Origin: Callorhinchus milii
Taxonomy: Eukaryota
Reading direction: 5' to 3'
Length of the DNA: 64,000 nucleotides
Assembly: GCF_018977255.1 (NCBI RefSeq)
Contig: NW_024704742.1
Coordinates: forward strand, 101,682,001 to 101,746,000
The notes beneath the pieces were generated by a model that was not told where the DNA came from, made no database searches, and worked only from the letters and a program-made list of their open reading frames with translations. Position numbers and translations under genes: made by a program. Shown piece after piece: positions 37,841 through 52,212 of the stretch. Each line of letters begins with the position of its first letter. Position 1 is the first letter of the stretch.

Positions 37841-40019
37841 GTCACTGTAGTCACTACATTTTGCAGTAAATCCTGTGAAGTGCTTTGAGACGTTCTCAAG
37901 ACATGAAAGACGCTACATCAAGTGCAAGAATTTTTTTTAATTTTATTGTGTCCAACGATCCTTCAGATAAAATCGGCCATTCACTTCATAGCTGTTAATG
38001 GAACATTGTGTGCAAATAGGCTGTTGCATTCACTTACAAATATAGTTACAACACTTTACAATGAAAAACCTATGACAAGCTTTGAGACCTTTTGACAATG
38101 TGGTAAGGTGCTCTGTCAAATGTAAGGATTACTATTATTGTTAATTTTTATTATAATTTCTATTCTTATTTCCCCCAAATGTCAAACAATCTGCTCCAAT
38201 ACACCTCCAATGCAGTAAATCTGTCATTTAAGTAATGGGCAGATTTGAAAATCTAATTTTAATCAATTAATATAGATGGAAGTTACAGATTCCCTGCTTC
38301 GTTAATAATGTAAATTATATTACACGACCAATTCCACATTTACCCATTTGGCAAATGCTCCATGTTAAGACTTAAAAGCATAATGCAAAATAACACTACA
38401 GTTTTAATGGAGCTCCACATTTCAATGGATATTCTGAAGCAGGGCATTTCTTTTATGTACAGTTCACTCTTTATAAAGTGCTACAGAGCAGCTATAATTT
38501 GGCAATAAATAGCCAATAACCGCAACTGCTTGACATCATAAATCTCAATGTGGATTAGAATCCTGGCCATCTGCCATAAGTAACTGCTACAAAAGCATTC
38601 TTGCTCCAAGAGTTTCTGAATTTCAGAATCCAACTTATAAACCTTTCAAGAGCAGAATTCAATGGCAAGTCCCCACATCAAAACAAGCAAAAAATATTTC
38701 CTGGACTTGATTAACAGGACTCTGGGGCTTCACTGAGTGAGCATTTCCATATATTCTGTTCTCCAAATGTTAAATCTGAAGTGATATTTGCATACCTGTA
38801 CATATGGTAGAGATTCACTCAGTCCCTCAGGAGTTTTTTTTAAGATCTCGGAAGAAATGCACCCTTTGCAAGACTCATGGGTTTCGGACGCATAAAATCA
38901 ATGGGCGATAATGGCCACTGATGGCTCCTTTTTCAACATTGTAATGTTACGTTTCTGACTGCTTGGCACATTTGCAATGCAAAGCTATAAACCGTGTTAT
39001 AAAGCAGACACTTTGCACAGCATGCACCTCACTCTGTCACCTATATAGAAACCCATTAAATCAAACTACATCATAATTGTATTACTTTTTGTTGCTTCCT
39101 TCGTAGATACAAATAAAAGTTTAATACCACTGGCAAAAAATATATATATTTAAAAAGTACACACTTTTTATATTTTTTATTGAAAACATGAATACACAAA
39201 CTATTCGCTTACAGTAAGTGTGCCTAGTCATCATTGCAAGGACAAACTGAAGGAGGAATTTACAGACAGCTAAGTGAAAGCAACGGAAAGAAATTGGTCA
39301 TGCTACTAAGTGCAGAGACGAATGGTATACGCCCCTATAATGGTCTTTTTCCTTTCTAACCACAACCCATCAAAGACCTCAACTCACTACAAGAGGAATT
39401 TCCTCTGTCTGCATTTTCTACCATACTCTAAGACAGCAAGCTTCATTTGCATCAAGTGTCACTTATTTGTAAGATTAAAGGAAATGCTCAACAGAAAATT
39501 ATGCCACCATCTCTACACACACTCATGCTCCTTTTGTCTGTCCGCAAATTGACCAACACGTATCTGTATTATACTTCCAGCAATGATACAATCAAGCCAT
39601 GTTTTCTAAGGCTATGTTGCATATTTAGTCGATTGAAAATTACCTTGGATTAAGCTCAATTAGGTTCCTACTTACTGCTAGGTAAACAGAGGCGTGTGGA
39701 GTAAGGAAACTTGCCTAATGAATTGTTTAACAGAATACTGAGTTCAACACTTAGAATGGTTCCCATTATTTTGGAAAAGTACACTGACAGCCAGATAAGA
39801 ATCCACTGTTCCTCAGATTCATTAAGACTAAAAGCATTGAATCTGTACTTACTCAGAATTACAACTTGTACTTACTCAGAATTTCACATCAGCAGTTCAG
39901 CATAGTGAAGTGGTTAAATGCACAACACAACAACAAATTACAATTGTATAGCGCCTTTCATGTCAGGAGGACATCCTATGATGCAATGTTATGTTAAGCC
40001 ATAAAGTCGAGTAAATTTT

Positions 40020-40225
40020 TGAGGGGGAAAGCGATGATAAAAGGGAAAAGTGGCAAGGCTGCTCACTCTTGGATTGCTATTCAGCAATACATGCTAGACT
40101 CGTGCATGATCGATTTCAAGACAGTATTTTCCTCAGATAAGATGCCTCCCTACAGATGAATAGCCTGCTGACCCTCAATGTCCAGCCTCAAGCATGAAGA
40201 CTGCACCACTGGATGAGGTACAGTA
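40020..40225 (+). mobile_element. Ancient AmnSINE2-like element
   Basis: gaatagcctgctgaccctcaatgtccagcctcaagcatgaagactgcaccactggatgaggtac; related to 14620-14860. Confidence 0.5.
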
Positions 40226-41030
40226 CCAAGTATGAGTTAGCACCATCAACAGAGAAGAGATAAGGAAGGAAAATAATGGAAGTTAAATTTGCTTTTTTGT
40301 TTGTTTAAGCATATTTTTGTGTACACTAATATATTAGGTTGAGTTCCATGGTGAAGCAAAGGCAAATGTAACAACGACAGATCCACTACACAAATGTGAC
40401 TCTGGTGATAATGAGAGCGCAGAAAGACTGGAAGAAAGTGTTCTGAGGCATCAAATAACAAGTCAGATTTTCCATAATGAATCCAAAGTCCAGCAAAGAT
40501 GATCTTGCCATTAGGGTAAGACTTGCTGACTTACACAAAATAAACCAAACCCACAAATAATAAATAAATGTCTTACTTTTTGGATCACGCAGATGTCCCT
40601 ATAATAGTGCTATACGATGTCTGAAGGTCACATATAAATATCGATCTGTATTCGATGGTGGTGTAGCCTGGGACTGAAAGATAAAAAAAATGAACAAATT
40701 AGTTGCTAAATATCTGGTACAATATGTTATATTTGAAACTGCAATTTGGAATTGGAATGGAATCTCTCTCTTAATCTGGTACTCTTTGTGAGATTATTAC
40801 TACACTTTGCTATAATTTTTCAAAATAAACAGTTGGAGGAGAAATAGCTAATTAAGATTTGAAACTTACATTTTGAAAGAAACAGCTGAAAATCAGAAAT
40901 GAACAGTACAGTTAATATCCCCAAAGGCTTCCAACACTAGATGGCAACAACACCTTTGGTGCACTTCATGTCCCAAACAGCAGAGCAACATATTAATGGC
41001 ACAATTATTTTGCAGAAAATACATTACAAC

Positions 41031-41279
41031 ATAATAATAAAATAATAATCCCTGCTTTTGATATAACGCCTTATCACGTCTTCGAGACATACCAAAGCGC
41101 TTCAGGAATTATTATCCCCAGAAAAGTGATCCCCCCAACAACTGGGTTCCTCTTACTGCTTGGTAAACAGAAGCATGTGGAGTAAGGAAACTTGCCCAAC
41201 ATTTCGCCCTGCCAGGAATCAAACCCAGGATTCTCACTTGCAAGATGAGTGCTCTAACCACTGAGCTACAGGACTCCAC
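41031..41279 (-). mobile_element. Long-form SINE lacking the Deu domain
   Basis: Head and central segment are joined directly to the tail near 41105. Confidence 0.8.
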
Positions 41280-42544
41280 AAAGTACCATAAATTAGACAA
41301 AATTGAGCTTGAAATATTTGAAACTCGTTTCAAAAGAACCGTTTCACCCAAGTGCATTTTTATAGTGCCTTGCTATATGTGTGTCAGCCTGGCACTTTCG
41401 CCTCTGAGTTGTGAGGTTGTGGATTCAAGCCATGAGATGAATGATCAAGTTATCAGAAAACATATTAGCTAGGACTCCGGGAGAAACTCTTTCAAACAGG
41501 ACGAAAATCCACATTAAATATTTGACTAATATACAAAGTTTTCCAAAGCATGCAAGGATACCATGCATCTTGTCACAGGATAGGGCAGGAGGCGGGGTGG
41601 GAGGCCTCCAACAGACCAGAGGCCTCTGCAATGCATCTGAACGTGGTGTCAGGTGTCAGGAGCGCAGACATGTATATTCTTACTAACTCATTGCCTTTCC
41701 ATGCTTTTTTTTAATAACAGATCCAGAGAGATATGTACCCGTCGTCTGAGATGAAGTCAACGATTTTTTTAATACAACAGTTCAAAAACTTCAGAGAAAA
41801 CAAAAAGAAGATATCACAATTGGGATTTAGTCTTTCTCTATATTAGCCAATACACTTAGCTTTAGCTTGGGAGGGAGAGGTGAAGGGTAAGCAAAAGTCC
41901 CTTGAGGCTGAGATGGTTACAATGTGATGTGCTTTAGTAATAGAATATCACATTCAATTTCATCTTCTAGCGGTCTCAGTAGTGGAGTTCTTGAGCACAG
42001 CAGTTGTACGGTGCTCTAAGGCAAAGTTGATAACAGAATGGACAGCCTAGTTTGTTGGCAGGATTTAGAGGGGATAGACAGGTCACTGGGTTAGGGATTC
42101 TTCCCACTCAACTCCTGTTAATCGTACCCTAACAAGCAAAATGGCCACAGCTTAACGAACGGTGAGAAATTTGCCAGACACTGTTTGCAACAGTAAATTG
42201 CGCAACTTTTGCTGGTTAAACTCCAGTAGTACCTCAACACACAATCTGAAAACCCAAGCTCTTGCCAACCTGCACCTAATACTTTCCAGAATTCTCCCCT
42301 TCAGGGAGATAGAGTACATTCAATTGGAGACAAATAGAAATGTCCATGCATAGGTGACATGAATATGTGGAACTATCAGTCTAGTTTGGATATTCTTAAG
42401 CACAGCAATGGGTTTCCACATGAGTCAGCCACCTGACCACCCCCCCAAATATTTGAATGTTGACAAGGTAGAAAAAAAATGGCATTTTGTCATCGCATAT
42501 AACTATAATTACATTTTTTCATAACCAGTGTTAATAAATATATA

Positions 42545-42873
42545 AATAATAATAATTCTTGCATTTGGTATAGTGCCTTATCACATCGTTGAGCTGACTT
42601 CACCGAATACATTATAAAATGGATCGACTGTGAAATGCGGCAGCCAATTGCACACAGCAGTTGCCCACCAACAGTCGTGGATTGAGTGACCAAAATTTTA
42701 AAAAATTTAGAGAGATCCCTGGAAAATGATCTGCCAAGTGACTAACAATTGGGTTCCTACTTACTGCTAGGTAAACAGAGGCATGTGGAGTAAGGAAATT
42801 TGCCTAATGAATCAAATCCTGGTCCTCTTGCTTTCGAGGCAAGTGAGCTAACCACTCCATTATGGGACTCCAC
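42545..42873 (-). mobile_element. Long-form SINE
   Basis: Tail, Deu, central segment and degenerate head. Confidence 0.8.
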
Positions 42874-45389
42874 CGCAAATCTGAATCACCCAAGTGCAGT
42901 TTTAATAACATTGGATTCAAGAATAAAAACATATGTGGACCCATTCAGCCTTCACCTCTAGCTGTAGGATCCAGAGGGTGAGAGTGAAAGATGTTGAGTT
43001 AGTAAAGACTGAGGGTGAGCGAGATCTAAAAAGTGTAGAAGAAAATTAATTATTTGTTAATTTGCAATTTTATTCTGGTTTCAATGTAGAATACTATAGC
43101 TTGTACTTTATTAACTCAAACTCTAAAATGAAATCTACCCCCAAGGTGTGCTAAGCCCATGCTTACAGTGTATGAATGCAGCACCACAATACTGCACTAT
43201 TTTCCCATGAATGATGAATGGCCGATGTCTTTAGTTTCACGAATGAGATCAGCAATACACTACATGCACCCCAGATTGCAATCATTCCTGCCAGTCTCCT
43301 CAAATTTCGATGTAAAATCAAGTTGCTTGTGGGATAATCATTGGTTATTCAATGGGTCACATTATTTCAGTAACACAATTGGAACACTGTAAAATGATTT
43401 CTTTCTACTCAGTGGCTAGCATACTCAATGCATTTCTTGAGGTTTTCCCAGTCGGCTCTATGAAGCACTTCCTCCCAATGTGAAAGGCGCTACAAATGTT
43501 AAATACTTGTTTTTTTGTCAATTATGTTTATACTCCATGGGCTTTTATTAAAAAAAGAATGGTTGAGGCGGTTAAGTGAGGTTTGCAATGGCAGATCTGT
43601 AACTGTAGGCAACAGAAGTCTCTTCTTCAAAAGTCCTGGGCCCTAATCCCAGATTTAAACTCTGCTACTCAACAGCTTCCTGGCCACGATTACTCATTGG
43701 AACCTCTTTAGTAAATTAAAAATAAAAGCAATTTCCAAACACCAGCCAATATAAACAGATGGCTATGGGACAAACTGTCACATTCTCCAAACATGAGATC
43801 TGCAGAGAAAGGAGTACTAGACTGACAAACCTTATTAATCCATTATATATACACAACACATATGCTGATACACATTATATCTAATGCCTTCTGTAGACCA
43901 CGTATTGGTCGTTGATCACTGACCAAGTATTAACGTACATGGCTATTTGTGGGACATTGTTGTGACCAAGTTGGTCACCATTTCACAAGTAATTCCTATG
44001 AAATCCTTTTGAGACATCTTAACAATGTGATAAGACGCTTTAGCAAATGCAAGAATATTATTATTATTATGCAACTGGAATGGAAGACCTGGGGAATTTT
44101 TGCAGGGCCCCGACTGGGCAATTTAACATAATTTATCTGTAGTTCTGCACTTCCACAAAACAACAAAAGCCAAGGAATGGTGTCAAGCAACTAATTACAT
44201 TGTCTACAACCCATTCATCGCTCATACTGGAATGCTTTTCAATACCTATTTATATTATGAAAATACAGAGTGAAATATTTAAAAGGGTTAGCAATTGATA
44301 CATGACAAGTCTAATAACGTAAGGAATATACAGCACCTGAATATGTATAAAAGCTGCAACAAGAGGATACTATTCAGCCCAATCCTTTTGTGCAGTCAAA
44401 CATATCACAAACTTTCATAGCTGCTTGTGGGACATTGCTGCGCACAATTAGGCTGCCGCGTTTGTCAAAAAACACACAATTACTACACTTTACAGGATAT
44501 CCGAGCACTCCAAGACGCTGTCCAACATGAAGGCCACTGTATAAATGCAAGATTGTTGTTATTATCTGATGAAGCGCTTTGGAACATCCTCCCGACGTGA
44601 AAGGTGCGAAAGCAAATGCAAGAATTAATATTATAAACTCTAACCTTCTAGTTTCCCAGAGGGAAAGTTCAAAAAAAGTTCTCCCTGACAAAGATGATTG
44701 AAAAACCCTACAAAATACTAGGTATTAAAGTATTCAAAGTACAAAAGAATTCCACTGGAATTCCCCTGTGTGTTTGCATAAGGTTTACAACTGTTTTGAC
44801 TGGCCAAGAGCACTCATTGCTGATGAACTATTCAAATTGTTGCAGAATGCAAACTGGCAATTCACAAAGGGAAAGTGCACAATGTTTTGCTTAAATGTTT
44901 AGAATTCCATTGGGGCTTTTTGCTATATGTTTTTTTGTGATCTTGTGAATAGAGGACCTGGACAGTGGTTAGTCAGTGTATGGTATTAAGCAGCTATAAA
45001 TCACCACTAAAACATTTCAAATAATTATTTTCAGGACAATCTTACTCTCCCATTCAAACAAAGGAGCTCATTTACAACATCAACAACAACAACACATTAC
45101 ATTTGTATAGCGTCTTCACATCCTGGAAGTGGGAGAGAAACATGCTGATGTAGGCAAGATGATTATCCAAAGGGATACACTGACAGAGGGGAAAAAGAGA
45201 GAAAAATCTGAGGGAGAGCCAGCTCACATCAATAGAACTTTTACACAGCATTTTGTCAACTGAAAATGTTCATATCGGGGATAAAACAAAACTCTTTTTT
45301 AAAACATACAGAAAAAAGAAAGACAAACAGCAACAATATATACTTCATTACAACCAGGAAATGCAAATATCTGGGCACGTATTGATAAT

Positions 45390-45780
45390 AACAACAACAA
45401 CAACAAGATTACATTTGTATAGGGCCTTTCACGTCAGGAGGACATCCCAAGGCGCTGGACAGAGTACAGCATTTCAGACCTGAGTTGGGGTCAGGGAAGA
45501 GAAGGGAGGGGGAGGGGAAGTGGGGTAACCGATGGCATGGTCGAAGAGGAGGGTTTTGAGGTGGAACTTGAAGGATACTAAGGAGGGGGCGAGGCGGAGT
45601 GATTGGGGGATCGAGTTCCAGAGGTTGGGGGCAGAGTGGCTGAAGGCTCTCCTGCCAATGGTGGGGCGGGTGGGTCGGGGGACGTGGAGCAGCCGGAGCC
45701 GGCTGAGCGGAGGGGTTGGTAGGGGGTTAGGAAGTCACAGAGATAGGGTGGGGCGAGATCATTGAGGGCTTTGTAGGTGA
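45390..45780 (-). mobile_element. L2 3' fragment
   Basis: TYKALNDLAPPYL; L2 tail. Confidence 0.85.
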
Positions 45781-45805
45781 TTATAATAATAATAATAATA
45801 ATGCT

Positions 45806-46001
45806 AAGGCAAAATGTTGCAGATGCTGGAAATCTAAAATAAAAACAGAAGCTGCTGAGAACACTCACAGGTCAGGCAGCATCTATGGAGAGAGGAAAGT
45901 GAATTAACATTTCAGGTCGATGACCTTTGAATGGTCACTTTGCTCTCTCCATAGATGCTGCCTGACCTGTGAGTGTTTCCAGTAACTTCTGCTTTTATTT
46001 T
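45806..46001. mobile_element. Penelope-like-derived inverted-repeat element with 14-bp TSD
   Basis: Arms 45836-45902 and 45935-46001; TSD ATAATAATAATGCT at 45792-45805 and 46002-46015. Confidence 0.72.
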
Positions 46002-49000
46002 ATAATAATAATGCTTAACTTAGTATAGTGGCTTTCATGTCAGGAGGCCATCTCAAAGCGCTTCACAGGATATTCTGTAAAGCGCATTGACCGTATGGGT
46101 TTTGTGGATGAATGCAGCAGACAATTCGTGCACAGCAATAGAATGAGTTCATCAGTTCATTCACCAGGCATCATACATACACATGCACTGTTTACCACTT
46201 AATAATCCTTTCCTTTGACATAACGTCTTATCATGTCGTTGAGACGTCTCGAAGCGCTTCACGGAATAAACTGTAAAGTGAATTGTAGGCGAAACGCGGC
46301 AGCCAATTGTGCACAGAAGTGTCACACAAACAGTCGTGGATTGAGTGACCACATTTTTTTAGTAACAGTTTTCAAAATTGAAACACATTTATAAAATAAC
46401 AGTGATCATTCAGAAGCTTATTTGCTCACTTGGAAAGATCTGAGAAGTGCCATGCAATTGGCTTAAAATTAATACACACCATCCTTTTGTTTCATTATAA
46501 CCGTACAATACCAACCTGTGAAGGTTTGTGGGCCCTAATTGCCAAAAGATCATAATTTCAACATGTGAATGTAATTTTTTTCTAGCTCCATTTTAGATTT
46601 CCCAGCTTAAAATGAACCGTTTGTGCATTTTACAGTCAATCCGCTTAATTTCAAATTCCTTTAAAGTCAGCATTGTATTTCTATTCAAAGATTTTGAATG
46701 AGCCCAGTATTTTTAAAGAGATGATTTACACAAATATCTTAAATCTATTCGCAAAGCCCTACATTTAGGGAATGTATTTGTAAGAGTATGTACGAAAGGT
46801 ACATTGGAAAAAACATTTATAATAATAATCTTTGCATTTGATATAGTGGTGCCTTATCATGTCATCGAAACATACCAAAGCACTTCACAGGATTTATTGT
46901 AAAATGCAGCCATCGTGTAGCAAATGCTACTGCCAAATTGAGCACAATGACCATGACATGAACTCGCTTTACTTTTCAAGGAGTGTAACACGATCTTTAA
47001 TGTGCACCTTTTATTGAAATGTTAACAATTTTATTGAAAGAAAAATCATCACAGAGAGTAAGCTTCAGTAGAGGTGGCGTTAAAAACTCCTGTATGTACT
47101 ATAATTAATAGTCTGTAATAACCTCGAGTACCAGCAAATCAATTATCAAAGTTCATAAGCTTCTACCTCCTTCAAACTGTACAATTAGTCCAAAGTTTCT
47201 TTGGTTCTGTACTCCACTCACAGAAAAATCAGATCAGAACAGTGTAACACTGGGGAAAATTCTGGGGAAAAAACCTTCCTCAGTTATATTCTGCCCGTTG
47301 TTTGTGTTACCAATCTGATCATAATACTGGTTAATAAAGGTCACATACAGGCCCAGTGAGGCAAGTGAAAAAATATCCACTGGTCTTGTGACCTGGTCTC
47401 GGGCTGGATTTAAAGCTGATCAAGGACTTGATGTGAAACATCAGTCATTCAGAACAGTCACAGACGTAGAATTAAGGACAGTCATAGATGGGTAAAAGTA
47501 GGTATCATCAGCATTTGTTCACCTACAAAAAAAACAGTAACTACACTTTACTGTGTATCTGACAAAGCACTTTGAGACTCCTGACATGAAAGGTATTATG
47601 TCAAATGTAAGGATTATTTTTACTTATGAATTAATCATGAACATCTCTTTTTACTGGTAGGGGATTCAAGGAAAAATGCCATCAATTCATGATTGTGATA
47701 CGGTGTGTAAAAGGAGAATTTCTGCTTTCACATCTCTGCTGTTAGAGCAGAGTCTATGGTTCTATCGTAATGGAAGCTAGTTCAATGTTTGCTGATGATG
47801 TAACCAAAGTGCAGCATGTAAATCAGAAACACAAAATGACAAAGGATAGAGCACTAATGTATTTATTATATGAGAAATGAGTTGGACAGTGAAATCAACA
47901 CCTAATGAAGCCAAACTTACATTTACAACAGATGACTTTGGAGGCTCAAGTCAAGAAGTCATTAGAGGAGCTGTATTCATTAGAATAATAATAATATTTT
48001 CATTTGATATAGTACCTTTTACTATATGGGACACTGCTGTGCCTGATTGGCTGCATGTTTCGCCCACAAAATGTACAGTCTATTCACTTTACAGTATATT
48101 CTGTGAAGCGCTTTGAGACGTCTTGAAGACATGATAAAGTGCTATACAAAATGCAAAGATTATTATTATTACCTTTAACATTTCTCCTTTCTCTTTTCAA
48201 ATAATTCCACAGGATCTTTAGCATCCATCTGAACAGGCAGAGAGGACTTTGGTTTAACGTCTTATCTGAAGGACAGCACCTCTAACAATTCAGCACACAT
48301 CCAGACCTGCGTAGGGTCAAGGGTTTTCAACCAGTCGGCTACCGCTATGTGGCGCTCTCATGCACAATTAAAAAGACAACAGGAAGGAACGATAGAACTG
48401 CTATTGAGCCAAGTTGAATATGAAGCCAGGTGCTCAAAATATTTCTTGCATCTCAAAAAATATATGCACTTTAATGTTTAAACTGTGATAAATATCGTTG
48501 CCACCACTTATTTTTGAGCATGTGTGAGAATCTATCTAGAGGTGATCAACCAGTTGGAGACCTTTGACCTACAGATCATATGAGTTCAGAGTCCCAATGT
48601 GAGGCTTGAACTCAAAACCTTCTGACTCAGAAGCAAGAGTGCTTCCACTGATAAAGCTGACACACAGGCTGATTGTATTGACACAAATAGGAATGGAACT
48701 AGTAAACATGGTGCAATGGAGCTGGGCTATGAAAGTTAAGTAGGACAATGGAATTGTTAAAAATGTGAAACACAGTAGAGATCCAGGAAGAATTTGAGAC
48801 ACAGCAAGTCTAATTCAATCAGACAGGATGTCATTGTTGACTTTGTGTTTACTGGTGCATTGTACCACCAAACAGTATTGTACAGTAGAGTCAAAACAGA
48901 GCAACAGCATCTATACCAAAGAATGTAGAATGAAAATTCAATCCTGGACTGCGTTGATAAATCATTTAAGATCGAAATTTCCAAACATTCAGTACCTAGA

Positions 49001-50517
49001 GGTTGATGCCCTGGAACTGCAAGCAGAGATGTGCTTCATCTGCTGTAGCAATAGACAGCTTGGGTTTACAAAGGATGGTACACACTTCTGAAGGTCATTT
49101 AAGGTTTAAAGCTCCACCTAGTCCCTTCTATATACAGTCAATTCACTTTACAGTATGTTCTGTGAAACGCTTTGAGGCGTATCAAAGATGTGATACTGCA
49201 TGAGAAACAGTTGTGGAGGCCAGGACATTGGATGTATTTAAGAAACAGATCAATGCTGTAATGTTAAGATGGTAGAGTTGATATTCTGCGATCATAAGAA
49301 CAAACAGACTGAAGTCACGTCTCTTGTGATTCTGTATTGTAATGAGTGAAAAGAGATCTTTTCTGCTAGGAGCCATTATCAAATTATACACAGAAAATAA
49401 ACAAAAGGGAGCAAAGAAACCCTTCAGCACGCAACACTGGCCTAACTCAAATCATGACACATTGCAAAGCCACCTCTAAACCTATTTTCACTCATTTATT
49501 AATTGTAAAAGAGCAACATACACAGGTGTCAGTGTCTCGTGGGGCAGTGCAGATCAGGATCCCAGCTGTAGCTCAGGGTTCGCAAATCCACAGACAAGTT
49601 TGTACATGTAGCACAAAAGAAGTTTCTAAAAGTCCCCAAGGACAAACTCTTAACACTTCAGTTTTCACTAAACGATAGCAACAATTCATAGCAATTGATA
49701 ACACATAGCTATCTTAGGTCACCCAGTCAGTTGAGCACTGGACCTGGACCTGGAGCAATGCAAGGATTATTATTATTATTATTATATTATTATTTCCCCA
49801 TTTCACCAAAACATGGCAGAATTTATAATCCCTTTCCCCATCTTTTCTCATCTCTCGATACCTTCCTTTCCAAGTCTCTAACTTTATGGCTGTCTGAAGC
49901 TACATTCCCATTGTACAACAATGTCTGTTGTGGTGCTAGCTCCCCCATTGGAACCTTCCAATCACATCCTGTTCCCTGCTTCATACAGGAACTGGTTTCA
50001 TGCAGATGGTAGTCACTAAAATGGGAAGTATTCTTATAACATCTTTCAATCATACATACAAGTACCATAAAACAGCAACCAATAGATAATAATGTATGCA
50101 GTGGGTAGTCACTGTTATTTTATCGAGCATGGCCAGGTGGAAATGGGATTTGGGTGCCAACAGAAAAATTATTAAATTTTTAACATGCTTTTTTTTCAAA
50201 GAAACTTCTGCCAAAGAATTTTATGAGGTTAGTCAGACATTGAGCTGTGGTTGAAGCAAATAGCATCAATGTATTTAAGAAAAAGAATGCATACGTGAGG
50301 GAGAAGTGAATAGAAGGATATAAGAGAAGGGAATAGGAGGGGTGGTGTCCAGTGTGGAACAGTTGAGGTGAGTGGCCTATTTCGTTTGCATCACTCTATG
50401 TAACACAAAGCCTAAAGCTAACTTCAGAGAACTTAGATTTCACAAGTTTGCAAGACACGTAACATTGGTGATGCCAGTGCCAACCGAGTTTCATTCTTGT
50501 CAAGTTTCAGCAATTGT

Positions 50518-50792
50518 AATATAATAATAATCCTTGCATTTGATATCGTGTTTTATCACACCATCGAGGCATCTCAAAGCACTTCACAAGATATACTGTC
50601 AAGTGGAGTGACTGTGTGTTTTGTGGGCGAAACGCAGCAGTTAATTGCGCACAGCAGTGCCCCACAAACAGTCGTGGATTGAGTGACCAAATTATTTTTG
50701 TGAAATTTGAAGGGTTTATTACCCCCCGGAAAGTGATCGGCCAATCGAGTAGCAACTGGGTTCCTACTTAACACTAGATAAACAGAGGCGGT
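50518..50792 (-). mobile_element. Long-form SINE, 5'-truncated
   Basis: Tail, Deu and central segment. Confidence 0.8.
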
Positions 50793-51534
50793 GTTCATTT
50801 TCTTTTTTTTTTTGAAGGGATTATGTTTCAAAGCGCTTCATTCACCTTGAGAGGATTTACTACAAAGAGTGCAATTGTCGGCGAAACGTGGCAGCCTGTT
50901 TTGCACCTGTCATTTGTCAAATAGACAATTAAAAAAACTGGAACTACTTGTACAATAAGCATTATGTCTCCTTCTGAAATGTGTATGTACACAGTTTATG
51001 TAAATCTTAAAATGCTTTTTTTGAAAGCAACAGTAAAGCCATAAATATTTCAACAGCAACTCAGTTGATTGCATGGAGGATAATACAGAACTAGCAGATG
51101 ATGTACTCAATTCAGCTGAGGAAATTCTGGCACCATTATATCTGTGTACTGCTAAAGTAAGCTCCTCAATTGATCTACAGTACTACCCTATCATTTTCAG
51201 ACTACATGCTTTAATCCCTTACATCCTGTTATTCTTTAGATATGACAAGTTGAATGCAAGGTACTGGCAGTATTTTGTAGTCAAGTCACAAAGATTTGAT
51301 GAACAGCTTAAGCCCCCACTGTAGTTTGAATGACAAAAGTGAAAGAGTAATAATGATGGAATGACATAGATTTTAATGCATGGTATCAGATGTATAGGAT
51401 TGCAGTTATAGTAGTTTGTTTTACTGCAATGGCATTGTAGAAATCAGGTGGTGTCTGATCTCTGGTCTGTTTTGAGTTAGCCAATTATGCCCAGGAGGCA
51501 GTGGGGCCCATTCAGTAACAGAAGAGAAAAAGTA

Positions 51535-51851
51535 AATAATAATAATAATAATCCTTGCATTTGATATAGCGCTTTTCACGTCTTCTAGACGTCCCAAAGC
51601 GCTTCACAGAATATACTGTAAAGTGAATTGACTGTATATTTGTGGGCGAACACGGCAGCCAATTGCGCACAGCAATGTCGCACAAACAGTCGTAGTTGAA
51701 AATGACCAATTTATTATTGTTTTTTTTGGAGGGATTATTATTAGGCGTGTGGAGTAAGGAAACTTGCCCAAGGTTTCGCCCTGCCTGGAATTGAACTCAG
51801 GTCTCTCACTTGCAAAGCGAGTGCTCTAACCACTGAGCTACAGGACTCCAC
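51535..51851 (-). mobile_element. Young tRNA-derived Deu SINE, full length
   Basis: Same consensus; tail loop TAGAA. Confidence 0.92.
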
Positions 51852-51994
51852 ATGTAAAGATATCTGCCAAGCTTCCTACTTCTGATTGATATTCAGTGCC
51901 CCCTGTCGGAAAGTGCTTGTTTAAATATTAGGTTTACCTGTGTAAAGTAACGTAAAGAACTGTAGGTTGGATGGAATCTGTAGAACCATACATA

Positions 51995-52212
51995 AGCCTG
52001 AGTCCCCTTCTTTTCCTTATTTACGTGCGCTCTCTTGGTGATGTTATCCACATACATAGGGTCAACTTCCACATGTATCGTGATGACACCCACATCTACT
52101 TCTCCTCCTCCAGCTACAACTCCAGGTCCACTGATGTTCTGTCAGCTTGCTTGTCAGATATCAAGGCCTGGATGAGAGCAAACTTCCAATAAATGCAATT
52201 TGCTGTTGTCGT
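51995..52212 (+). mobile_element. L2 RT fragment joined to an L2 tail
   Basis: VNFHMYRDDT...CLSDIKAWMRANFQ. Confidence 0.75.

Noticed and set aside
39844..39883. Duplicated A-ending donor (aattctga|gtaagta, twice) and a similar site at 29750
   Set aside because: Poor Kozak context and no promoter evidence; shows that such donors occur by chance.
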